From the IMG/VR virus record IMGVR_UViG_3300032288_002071, positions 1 to 55,715 of that record: a stretch of DNA of 55,715 nucleotides. The stretch is one strand, 5' to 3'. The stretch comes from a virus (lineage: Duplodnaviria; Caudoviricetes). How positions within the stretch are numbered: the stretch's first letter is position 1; every line of letters begins with the position of its first letter. Positions 1-7,018 of the stretch are shown piece after piece. The notes under the pieces were generated by a model that ran no database searches, had not been told where the DNA came from, and was given only the letters and a program-made list of their open reading frames with translations. The position numbers and the translations under genes were made by a program.

Positions 1-2
1 AC

Positions 3-314
3 AATTTATGTGAAGGTGGCAAATGTGGTTTCGGTTACTGGAATAGTAGTGGACTTTCTTCACGATTGGGTTCTCAATTGACACAAGAATCAAAAAATAA
101 AATATCAAGAGCAAAAAAAGGAACAACACTATCTGAAGAAACAAAAAGAAAAATATCTAAAAATAACGGAATGAAAAATTCCGATATTGCAAGAAAAAAA
201 GTATCGGCCTCTTTGACAGGAAAGAAAAAAACAGAAGAGCATAAGCGTAAAATAGCAGAAACAATAAAACGCAAACATGAACAAAAACGTGCGGCTATGG
301 TGTTTAACGGTTAG
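3..314 (+). CDS. GIY-YIG/Seg-like homing endonuclease with NUMOD3 repeats, 5'-truncated by the window edge
   Basis: Frame is open from base 3 (NLCEGGKCG...), resembling the YN-x-x-x-GG end of the GIY-YIG domain. NUMOD3-like repeats follow (SEETKRKIS, TEEHKRKIA). The stop codon lies inside tRNA-Gly. Confidence 0.75.
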   Translation, partial: NLCEGGKCGFGYWNSSGLSSRLGSQLTQESKNKISRAKKGTTLSEETKRKISKNNGMKNSDIARKKVSASLTGKKKTEEHKRKIAETIKRKHEQKRAAMVFNG

Positions 315-367
315 CATATAACCTTGCCAAGGTTGAGGTTCCGATTCGATTTCGGATGGCCGCTCCA
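291..367 (+). tRNA. tRNA-Gly(GCC)
   Basis: Cloverleaf, anticodon loop TTGCCAA, encoded CCA. Confidence 0.93.
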
Positions 368-372
368 AGGAT

Positions 373-446
373 TACGGTGTAGCGTAGTGGCAGCGCAGCG
401 ATCTCCAAAATCGTTAGTGGGGGTTCGATTCCCTCCACCGTAGCCA
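373..446 (+). tRNA. tRNA-Trp(CCA)
   Basis: Acceptor TACGGTG/CACCGTA, loop CTCCAAA, GTTCGA T-loop, CCA. Confidence 0.93.
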
Positions 447-449
447 AAT

Positions 450-544
450 GGTAGACAGCACTGGTGTGCGGCGGAGACTTATAAACTCTGGAGATCGGTC
501 AGATGGGCTGGAACGGCTAGGTTCGAATCCTAGGTCTACTACCA
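450..544 (+). tRNA. Atypical tRNA-like RNA with a UAU (Ile) anticodon, reduced D-arm and long variable arm
   Basis: Acceptor GGTAGAC/GTCTACT+ACCA, T-arm CTAGG-TTCGAAT-CCTAG, anticodon loop CTTATAA, about 25-nt variable region. Confidence 0.7.
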
Positions 545-556
545 GTATTTTTTGGT

Positions 557-630
557 GTGACTATAGTGTAATGGTAGCACTAGACATTGTGACTGTCTCA
601 GTTCGGATTCAAATTCCGATAGTCACCCCA
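557..630 (+). tRNA. tRNA-His(GTG)
   Basis: AGACA-TTGTGAC-TGTCT anticodon arm, C73 discriminator, CCA; the base at -1 is T. Confidence 0.92.
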
Positions 631-639
631 AAAAAGATT

Positions 640-715
640 GGTGCTTTAGCTGATGTGGTCATAGCGGCGGTCTGAAGAGCCGTTGAAGTTGGTTCGATTC
701 CAACAGGCACCACCA
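640..715 (+). tRNA. tRNA-Phe(GAA)
   Basis: Loop CTGAAGA, GTTCGATTC, CCA. Confidence 0.93.
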
Positions 716-717
716 AT

Positions 718-791
718 CCTCTCTTAGCTCAAAGGTAGAGCACCCGCTTGATAAGCGGTAGACGTTGGATCGATACCATCAGAGAGGACCA
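718..791 (+). tRNA. tRNA-Ile(GAT)
   Basis: Acceptor CCTCTCT/AGAGAGG, loop TTGATAA, CCA; T-loop slightly atypical (ATCGATA). Confidence 0.88.
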
Positions 792-800
792 AGTAATAAC

Positions 801-875
801 GGTAATGTAGCATAATGGTAGTGCACCTCCTTCATACGGAGTAAAGTGTAAGTTCGACTCTTACCATTACCACCA
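801..875 (+). tRNA. tRNA-Met/Ile2(CAT), elongator type
   Basis: Acceptor GGTAATG/CATTACC fully paired, loop TTCATAC, CCA. Confidence 0.9.
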
Positions 876-876
876 A

Positions 877-953
877 GCGCCGGTGACGGAACTGGTATAC
901 GTGTATGCCTTAGAAGCATAATTTTAGGAGTTCGACTCTCCTCTGGCGCACCA
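877..953 (+). tRNA. tRNA-Leu(TAG) with short variable loop
   Basis: TATGC-CTTAGAA-GCATA anticodon arm, only 4-5 nt variable loop, CCA. Confidence 0.9.
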
Positions 954-1009
954 AACACTCACCCTTGTATACGGTGTATAATGAGATAAGTAGTATACAA
1001 AAGATTTTT

Positions 1010-1083
1010 AGCCCGTTAGTTTAATGGTAGAACTCCGTCTTTACACGGCGGTTACGGCAGTTCGATTCTGTCACGGGCTACCA
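1010..1083 (+). tRNA. tRNA-Val(TAC)
   Basis: Acceptor AGCCCGT/ACGGGCT, loop TTTACAC, CCA. Confidence 0.92.
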
Positions 1084-1085
1084 AT

Positions 1086-1163
1086 GGTAAGATGGCTGAG
1101 TGGTCCAAAGCAACAGTCTGCAAAACTGTAAAGCCGTGAGTTCGAATCTCACTCTTACCTCCA
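1086..1163 (+). tRNA. tRNA-Cys(GCA)
   Basis: ACAGT-CTGCAAA-ACTGT, U73 discriminator, CCA. Confidence 0.93.
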
Positions 1164-1170
1164 AGTTTAC

Positions 1171-1260
1171 GGAAGTGTGGCAGAGTCCGGTTTATTGCAA
1201 CAGTCTTGAAAACTGTCGTGTCGAAAGGCACCGTGAGTTCGAATCTCACCGCTTCCGCCA
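1171..1260 (+). tRNA. tRNA-Ser(TGA)
   Basis: Loop CTTGAAA, long variable arm, G73, CCA. Confidence 0.94.
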
Positions 1261-1267
1261 TTTTTAT

Positions 1268-1359
1268 GGAGTGTTGGCCGAGTTGGTCGAAGGCACTTTC
1301 CTGCTAAGAAAGCATACCTCAAAAGGGTATCATTGGTTCGAATCCAATACACTCCGCCA
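1268..1359 (+). tRNA. tRNA-Ser(GCT)
   Basis: Loop CTGCTAA, long variable arm, G73, CCA. Confidence 0.94.
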
Positions 1360-1377
1360 TTAACAAGTTGATAACAC

Positions 1378-1406
1378 TTGACAATCTTTTTCATCTGTGC
1401 GATAAT
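1378..1406 (+). promoter_or_regulatory. sigma70-type early promoter
   Basis: TTGACA-17nt-GATAAT, 7 nt before ATG 1414. Confidence 0.75.
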
Positions 1407-1413
1407 GTAACTT

Positions 1414-1602
1414 ATGACTAAATTATACATTGACCCGCCAAGTGGTTGGAAATACGGTTTTCCAAAAGTTTTCAATACTGAAACTGATGGTGATGTTATC
1501 AAATGGCTAATTGCTGAAGGCTATCCGCAAAAAGAAATTGATGCCTGCGGCGATTATTTCTTTACCCGTCAATGGGAGGTTGACGATGAAAACGAAAAAT
1601 GA
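1414..1602 (+). CDS. Hypothetical phage protein (YIDPPSGWKYGFPK motif)
   Basis: ORF directly downstream of promoter. Confidence 0.75.
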   Translation: MTKLYIDPPSGWKYGFPKVFNTETDGDVIKWLIAEGYPQKEIDACGDYFFTRQWEVDDENEK

Positions 1603-1747
1603 TAAACTAAACAAACCACGAAATTTTGTGGCTAAAGACTTGTTTACACCCAAGTACCGCATGAAAGTGGAACACTCGGCTGTGAATGTTTATAAACGTG
1701 CAGCAGAGAAACAAAACTTTCGAAAGCAATCTAATGTCTATTTCTGA
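1586..1747 (+). CDS. Small basic protein, ArfA (alternative ribosome-rescue factor A)-like
   Basis: GGAGGT RBS, 53 aa. RNFVAKDLFTPKYRMKVE..YKR parallels the E. coli ArfA segment DNAIEALLHDPLFRQRVE..YMR. Confidence 0.55.
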   Translation: MKTKNDKLNKPRNFVAKDLFTPKYRMKVEHSAVNVYKRAAEKQNFRKQSNVYF

Positions 1748-2156
1748 CAGACTTAAAACCCATCTAGCTGAAAATGATATGGAAAACTATGATGGGTTTT
1801 ATTTTATTCCATCGTTTGACGATGATGATGAAGAAACTTATAAATTAGCTTTCTTCAATCTTAAAGAAGAAGCAGCAAACGGTACACCAGTAGATTCATC
1901 TGAGATGGGAAACATGTATCATATGTGTTTTTTTAAAACTGCTGACAATGGTGCACCAATATTTGATGACGCCTTTGAAGCAATCCTTGCTGATCCTATT
2001 GTGTATATAAACAATCTTACAGGTTCAGGTTTAGGTGGGTGTATACTAAAGAAAACAGATAAGTCAGAAAAATGGTGGGTAGAATACCTTGATTATATTA
2101 CTGGCGGTGAATTTAAACAAAAAGTGAAAGAAGCATTTGGTTCTATTGGAGAATAA
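1734..2156 (+). CDS. Hypothetical acidic protein
   Basis: ORF track 1686..2156; ATG 1734 overlapping the upstream ORF end is the more likely start. Confidence 0.7.
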   Translation: MSISDRLKTHLAENDMENYDGFYFIPSFDDDDEETYKLAFFNLKEEAANGTPVDSSEMGNMYHMCFFKTADNGAPIFDDAFEAILADPIVYINNLTGSGLGGCILKKTDKSEKWWVEYLDYITGGEFKQKVKEAFGSIGE

Positions 2157-2158
2157 TT

Positions 2159-2440
2159 ATGACACAAGCATTTGTTGGTGATTCTGAAAATGCAAAAGAA
2201 GCACGTGAATGGTTAGTTGGTGTTTTACAAGAATACCCTATGGAAGTTACTTTTACAAAAAAAGACGGTACTGAGCGTGTAATGCTCTGCACTTTACAAG
2301 AAGAATATCTACCAGAAACAGTTGGTGATGTCCGCAAAAAAAGTGAAGATTCTTTAGCAGTATATGATTTAGAAAATGAAGGTTGGCGTTCATTCCGCTG
2401 GGATTCTATTAAGGCAGTGAAATTTACACTTGGAGATTAA
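2159..2440 (+). CDS. WYL_2/DUF2693-like Sm/SH3-fold protein
   Basis: VTFTKKDGTERVMLCTL...GWRSFR signature; GGAG RBS. Confidence 0.75.
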   Translation: MTQAFVGDSENAKEAREWLVGVLQEYPMEVTFTKKDGTERVMLCTLQEEYLPETVGDVRKKSEDSLAVYDLENEGWRSFRWDSIKAVKFTLGD

Positions 2441-2441
2441 T

Positions 2442-2732
2442 ATGCCTAAGTTTATTGTTGAGCAAATCAGTATACATCGTAATGTGTATGTCGTAGAAGC
2501 AGATACAGAAGCAGAAGCACGAAAAGTTGCGTCTGTTGCTGATGACAACTGGCAAGAATGGCTCGGTCATCTTGATGTTGATGTCAATGAATACAGTGAT
2601 GAACGAATCGCATACTTCAAAGACAAAGACTATTTCTGGGCTGGTGTATCATATAAAGATGATGATGGCTATCTAGCATATATACATCCATCTGGTGAAA
2701 AAGTTGAAGCAAAACAAATCCTAGTCAAATAA
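2442..2732 (+). CDS. Hypothetical protein
   Basis: GGAG RBS then ATG (MPKFIVEQ...). Confidence 0.75.
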   Translation: MPKFIVEQISIHRNVYVVEADTEAEARKVASVADDNWQEWLGHLDVDVNEYSDERIAYFKDKDYFWAGVSYKDDDGYLAYIHPSGEKVEAKQILVK

Positions 2733-2737
2733 TCAAT

Positions 2738-2815
2738 GCGGGTATGGTGTTTAACGGTTAGCACGTGAGCCTTCCAAGCTTGAAGTGATGAGTTCGAATC
2801 TCACTACCCGCTCCA
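2738..2815 (+). tRNA. tRNA-Gly(TCC)
   Basis: Loop CTTCCAA, GTTCGAATC, U73, CCA; shares its 5' D-arm sequence with tRNA-Gly(GCC). Confidence 0.93.
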
Positions 2816-2826
2816 AATATTAAATT

Positions 2827-2988
2827 ATGAAAACTTGGTCCTTAGAAGTACAAAAACTCGAAGATGGTGATCAATACATTGAGTTTCCCAAAGAACTCAT
2901 GGATGAGGTTGGTTGGCAAGATGGTGACGTTCTTGAATGGACACCAAATGAAGATGGAAGTTGGACATTAACTAAAAAGGAGAAATAA
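2827..2988 (+). CDS. AbrB/MazE/SpoVT-like small DNA-binding protein (not in ORF track)
   Basis: MKTWSLEVQKLEDGDQYIEFPKELMDEVGWQDGDVLEWTPNEDGSWTLTKKEK; FPxEL..xGWxxGDxLEW pattern; stop overlaps the next ATG. Confidence 0.7.
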   Translation: MKTWSLEVQKLEDGDQYIEFPKELMDEVGWQDGDVLEWTPNEDGSWTLTKKEK

Positions 2989-3425
2989 TGAGTTCGTTAA
3001 AAGGCACAAAAACTGCCGAGTGTTTGAAAGAAGCATTTGCAGGTGAATCAATGGCAAACCGCCGTTATCTATATTTCGCAAATCAGTGTGATATCTCTGG
3101 TGAGAACGATTTAGCTGCACTGTTCCGCTCAACTGCTGAAGGTGAGACAGGTCACGCACACGGTCACATGGAATATCTAATTGAAGGTGGTGCAGGAGAA
3201 CCTGGTACAGGTATGCCAGCAAAAACTGGTAAAGAAATGCTAGAGGCAGCAATCAGTGGTGAAACACACGAATACTCTGATATGTACCCAGGCATGGCAA
3301 AAATAGCACGTGAAGAAGGTTTTGATGAAGTTGCTGATTGGTTTGAAACACTAGCAAAAGCAGAACGTTCACATGCTAATCGTTATCAGAAAGCATTAGA
3401 CAAACATCTTGCTGATAATGCTTAA
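2988..3425 (+). CDS. rbr: Rubrerythrin, short form without rubredoxin domain
   Basis: [42 protein letters not shown] di-iron motifs; AGGAG RBS. Confidence 0.93.
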   Translation: MSSLKGTKTAECLKEAFAGESMANRRYLYFANQCDISGENDLAALFRSTAEGETGHAHGHMEYLIEGGAGEPGTGMPAKTGKEMLEAAISGETHEYSDMYPGMAKIAREEGFDEVADWFETLAKAERSHANRYQKALDKHLADNA

Positions 3426-3458
3426 TGTAGTTTAATGATTTTGCTTATGAAACTTGAG

Positions 3459-3485
3459 TGCTACAATCTCTACATAGAATTGTAG
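3459..3485 (+). promoter_or_regulatory. Putative extended -10 promoter within an inverted repeat upstream of pqqA
   Basis: TGcTACAAT; CTACAAT...ATTGTAG inverted repeat. Confidence 0.4.
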
Positions 3486-3509
3486 TATTCAACATCCTAG
3501 GAGATAACT

Positions 3510-3584
3510 ATGAAATGGGAAACACCTTCAGCACAAGATATGCGTTTTGGTTTTGAAATCACAATGTACATCGCAAATCGTTAA
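3510..3584 (+). CDS. pqqA: PqqA, pyrroloquinoline quinone precursor peptide (not in ORF track)
   Basis: AGGAG RBS; MKWETPSAQDMRFGFEITMYIANR, 24 aa, with W-x-x-P and RFGFE-x-x-x-Y (the Glu/Tyr pair converted to PQQ). Confidence 0.95.
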   Translation: MKWETPSAQDMRFGFEITMYIANR

Positions 3585-3587
3585 AAC

Positions 3588-3615
3588 AAAGCGGCTACCA
3601 AGCCGCTTTTCTTTT
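3588..3615. terminator. Bidirectional intrinsic terminator
   Basis: AAAGCGGCT-acca-AGCCGCTTT then T-tract, between convergent genes. Confidence 0.7.
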
Positions 3616-3810
3616 ATCACGCACCGCTTTAACTCTAAACTCAGAATCATTTTTGGTATTTTTCAATGCTGCGTTTGTCTGCATGGCTAACTTGCAATCT
3701 TTGGTAACAAGAATCAACAAATTACCAACATTGGTGTAAACATAGTAGACATCTTCACCATTATCGTTTTCAACGTACATCATTTTTGTATCCTGGTACT
3801 TCACAATCAA
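3595..3810 (-). CDS. Hypothetical protein (true start probably the ATG at about 3783)
   Basis: ORF track; coupled to the upstream minus-strand gene. Confidence 0.55.
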   Translation of the reverse strand: MIVKYQDTKMMYVENDNGEDVYYVYTNVGNLLILVTKDCKLAMQTNAALKNTKNDSEFRVKAVRDKRKAAW

Positions 3811-4564
3811 TCCATATTAGATTATTGTAATGTTCATATGGCCACATACCTTTTGGTACTAAACAACGACCCAATTCAGGTTTCACATCAATACGAACTT
3901 GAACAACTGCCCAGATCAACCAAATAACATATATCGTAAAGATAGTAGTGATGCTGTATTTCCAAGCATTACATTTAATATGATTGATTCTTTTTAATCT
4001 TTTTGCTTTTGCTATTCTTTCTCTTTCGATCTGAACTTCTAATGCGTGAGCTTGTTCCTTTTTCATTTTTTCCATCATCTTCTCTACACGTGTGTAGAGA
4101 TCGCCTAATTCGGAAGGGCAGTTATAAACCATAAGTTCACGAAGTTCAGCTTGCATTGCTGTTAAACGACTTTGCATCAGAACACGTTGAAGAGCACGTT
4201 TACCTAGACTAGATTCACCATGATAAACTTCAGTTTGTGAACGGCGTTCTTCTTCCTCAAAGATAGCAGTACATTTGGCAAAGTTTTCGAAGTAGACGCC
4301 CAGTGATTCGCCTATCTGTGTGTAGATATCGTCGGGTTGCTGATTCTTGAGTTCAATGATGCGGTTTTTTTCCGCAATGTATTGATTCTTTTCAGCGGTG
4401 GTAGGTGTTTTACCTTTGAATTTTTCGTGAAACTGGTCATCAAGGTCTTTAAGTACACCTTGAACGTCGCCAGCAACACTAGAAATTTCTTTGTAGAGTT
4501 CGCAGCCTTTTTTGACTGCTTGAACGGCACCATTTGCCAGGGCAAACAGGGTTAGCGGATCCAT
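3770..4564 (-). CDS. Hypothetical coiled-coil protein with C-terminal transmembrane helix
   Basis: AAGGA RBS, 264 aa, TM-like segment YSITTIFTIYVIWLIWAVV. Confidence 0.8.
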   Translation of the reverse strand: MDPLTLFALANGAVQAVKKGCELYKEISSVAGDVQGVLKDLDDQFHEKFKGKTPTTAEKNQYIAEKNRIIELKNQQPDDIYTQIGESLGVYFENFAKCTAIFEEEERRSQTEVYHGESSLGKRALQRVLMQSRLTAMQAELRELMVYNCPSELGDLYTRVEKMMEKMKKEQAHALEVQIERERIAKAKRLKRINHIKCNAWKYSITTIFTIYVIWLIWAVVQVRIDVKPELGRCLVPKGMWPYEHYNNLIWIDCEVPGYKNDVR

Positions 4565-4621
4565 TGTCCTTTATGTAATATTTCCTATGTGAAATCATGG
4601 AACGATTCAAAAAAGACAATC

Positions 4622-4651
4622 TTGACAATCACGGTCTATTTATGCTATAAT
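4622..4651 (+). promoter_or_regulatory. sigma70-type promoter; overlaps a minus-strand CATAAATA late-promoter-like site
   Basis: TTGACA-18nt-TATAAT with TG extension. Confidence 0.7.
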
Positions 4652-4684
4652 GTAAGTTGGTGAATAAATACACTAGAGGTTATT

Positions 4685-5752
4685 ATGAGTAAAGCAATTG
4701 ACATTAAAGCAATCTTATCAAATAACAAAGAACCCAAGTTTACGGGTGAATTGTCACAAACACAACTGACCCAGGCGCTGAACTGGTACGCTCAGAATAA
4801 AGATAACAAAGACGCAACAAAGTACGCTTCTGACTTTCTAAAAAAGAAACACAAAATAGCGGGCTCTGAGGGGCTAAAAACTGTCCCTAGTACATTTGGA
4901 TTCCTATGTCGCATTGTGAGCAATGGGGGCGTTCTGAGCGGTTCTAATAGTACGTTTTTCAATGAAACCATCGACAAACTCAAACAAGCAACACCAGTTG
5001 TCAAGCAGACAACCACAAATGTCTTATCAATTCAAGATCATATTAAAAGAAAAGCAAGTGATTGTATTGGAGAACTGGAAGGTCAAATTGACGAATTGAT
5101 AACGTCAGAATTCAAAGCAAATGTTTCACCTTTTGCAACAATGACAGGTATGGAAATAAAAGGTGCTCATACCAAATTTGTAATTGACTATTTTAAAACA
5201 CGCCGTCAGGAGTATGATGAAGTTTTGACAACAGATGATGATGATGTCAAAGAAGCATATTCCAACTTTACAAAAACGCAACTGAAAAAACTGGTAGCAT
5301 ATTGCGACCAAGTGATTCTTGACGGCATGAAGCTTGCAGGTGAGTCAATCAAAACACGTAAGCCACGCAAACGCAAAGCAAAGTCGCCAGATCAAGTTGT
5401 GGGCAAACTAAACTACGCAAAAGATTTTGCTGAACTAAAACTTGTATCGATTGATCCTAAAACGATCATCGGTGCTTCATCACTGTGGGTATATAATACC
5501 AAAACACGTAAGCTGGGTGTGTATCAAGCACTTGACGCTGCTGGATTGAACATCAAAGGTTCGACGATACAGAATTTTGCTGAGAGTAAATCAATCAGCA
5601 AAACACTGCGTAAACCAGCGGTGACTATACCTGAAGTTTTAAAAGGCGGCAAAGTTGCTCTGCGTAACGTACTAACAAACATACGTGCCGCTGAAAAAGT
5701 GTTGACAGGTCGTATCAACAATGATACAATTCTTTTGAGAACAGTAAAATGA
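4685..5752 (+). CDS. Hypothetical protein upstream of RNase H
   Basis: GAGG RBS, 355 aa, basic C-terminal region. Confidence 0.85.
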   Translation: MSKAIDIKAILSNNKEPKFTGELSQTQLTQALNWYAQNKDNKDATKYASDFLKKKHKIAGSEGLKTVPSTFGFLCRIVSNGGVLSGSNSTFFNETIDKLKQATPVVKQTTTNVLSIQDHIKRKASDCIGELEGQIDELITSEFKANVSPFATMTGMEIKGAHTKFVIDYFKTRRQEYDEVLTTDDDDVKEAYSNFTKTQLKKLVAYCDQVILDGMKLAGESIKTRKPRKRKAKSPDQVVGKLNYAKDFAELKLVSIDPKTIIGASSLWVYNTKTRKLGVYQALDAAGLNIKGSTIQNFAESKSISKTLRKPAVTIPEVLKGGKVALRNVLTNIRAAEKVLTGRINNDTILLRTVK

Positions 5753-6597
5753 TAATCTTTGATTACAATCAAGTAGCCATCTCTTCATTAATGGAACAAA
5801 TCGGTTCATCTAAAAAACCGGTTGAAGAGAATCTAGTTCGCCATATGATATTGAACGTGATTCGTACCTATGTGAAACGATTCAAAGCTACACACGGACC
5901 AGAAGTTGTTATCGCTTGTGATAACCGTAATTACTGGCGCCGTGACTTTTTTCCACAATACAAAGCATCACGCAAGAAAACACGTGATGCTTCTGGGCAT
6001 GATTGGAATTCTATCTTTGACTGTCTACACAAAATCAAAGAAGAACTGAAAGAATATTCACCTTACAAAGTCGTTGATGTTGACACTGCTGAAGCAGATG
6101 ACATCATCGCCACACTAGCTATTCAAAAGTCAGCACATGAAAAGGTGATGATTCTTTCTTCAGATAAAGATTTTGCTCAGTTACAGAAGTACCCAAACGT
6201 TGAACAGTATTCACCAATACTGAAGAAAGCAATCAAAGAACCACTGCCTGCTGTACAACTAAAGCAGATGATTATACGTGGTGACAAAGGTGATGGTATT
6301 CCCAACATTCTGACACAAGATAATGTGTTTATCGATGGTGGTCGTCAAAAGCCAATCACTGAAGCAAAGATTATTAATTGGTTGAATCAAAAGCCCGAAG
6401 AGTTCTGTACAGATGAGATGCTGCGTAATTACAAACGCAATGAACTGCTGATTGACTTGACAAAAGTACCTGAAACTCTACAAGTATCGATCATAGATAC
6501 ATATGAAAGCGCAACTGCTCATTCCAAGCAGGTGTTTATGAATTACATGATTGCAAACAAACTAAAAAATCTCCTTGAGGTAATTGATGAGTTCTGA
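5749..6597 (+). CDS. rnh: T4-type RNase H (5'-3' exonuclease/flap nuclease)
   Basis: IIFDYNQ, NYWRRDFFPQYKASR, EADDII, SSDKDFAQL, GDKGDGIPN motifs. Confidence 0.95.
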   Translation: MIIFDYNQVAISSLMEQIGSSKKPVEENLVRHMILNVIRTYVKRFKATHGPEVVIACDNRNYWRRDFFPQYKASRKKTRDASGHDWNSIFDCLHKIKEELKEYSPYKVVDVDTAEADDIIATLAIQKSAHEKVMILSSDKDFAQLQKYPNVEQYSPILKKAIKEPLPAVQLKQMIIRGDKGDGIPNILTQDNVFIDGGRQKPITEAKIINWLNQKPEEFCTDEMLRNYKRNELLIDLTKVPETLQVSIIDTYESATAHSKQVFMNYMIANKLKNLLEVIDEF

Positions 6598-7018
6598 GAA
6601 ACTATATTCCGAAATATTTGAGGAATTTGAAAAAGCAACAACCAAACAAGAACGAATAAACATTCTACGCCGTGAGGGTGATGAACGTTTTCGTTTCTTT
6701 CTACAGTTAGTATTCAATCCTGCTATTGAGTTTGATATTCATCTACCTCACATGTATCGACCGGCAAAAGAACCTGCGGGATTGAACTACGCATATCTTG
6801 ATACTGAGATGCCTAAAATGTATAGGTTTATCAAAGGTCATCCTATGCGCCCAGAGAACTTCACCGCAGAAAAGACTACACAACAGATATTGGTTATGTT
6901 AGAATCATTACATCGTGATGAATCTGCGATGATTCTTAAAGTCTTTAAAAAAGAATTCAAGATAAAAAATCTCACAGCAAATTTAGTTAAAGAAGCGTTT
7001 CCTGATCTAGTGATATGA
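6584..7018 (+). CDS. Hypothetical protein downstream of rnh
   Basis: ORF coupled to rnh; ends LVKEAFPDL as in T4-like homologues I recall. Confidence 0.8.
   Translation: MMSSEKLYSEIFEEFEKATTKQERINILRREGDERFRFFLQLVFNPAIEFDIHLPHMYRPAKEPAGLNYAYLDTEMPKMYRFIKGHPMRPENFTAEKTTQQILVMLESLHRDESAMILKVFKKEFKIKNLTANLVKEAFPDLVI

Noticed and set aside
954-1009. tRNA-associated HDV-like (theta) ribozyme
   Set aside because: I could not build the nested double pseudoknot or place a catalytic C; kept only as an unexplained structured spacer
1171-1260. tRNA with TGA in the anticodon as a suppressor/Sec tRNA, or genome recoding
   Set aside because: Anticodon UGA reads UCA (Ser). No CUA/UCA anticodon is present, and genes end normally at TAA, TAG and TGA.
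448-1502. ORFs 448..675, 1052..1261, 1100..1363 and 1167..1502
   Set aside because: They overlap clear tRNA genes and lack RBSs or protein motifs
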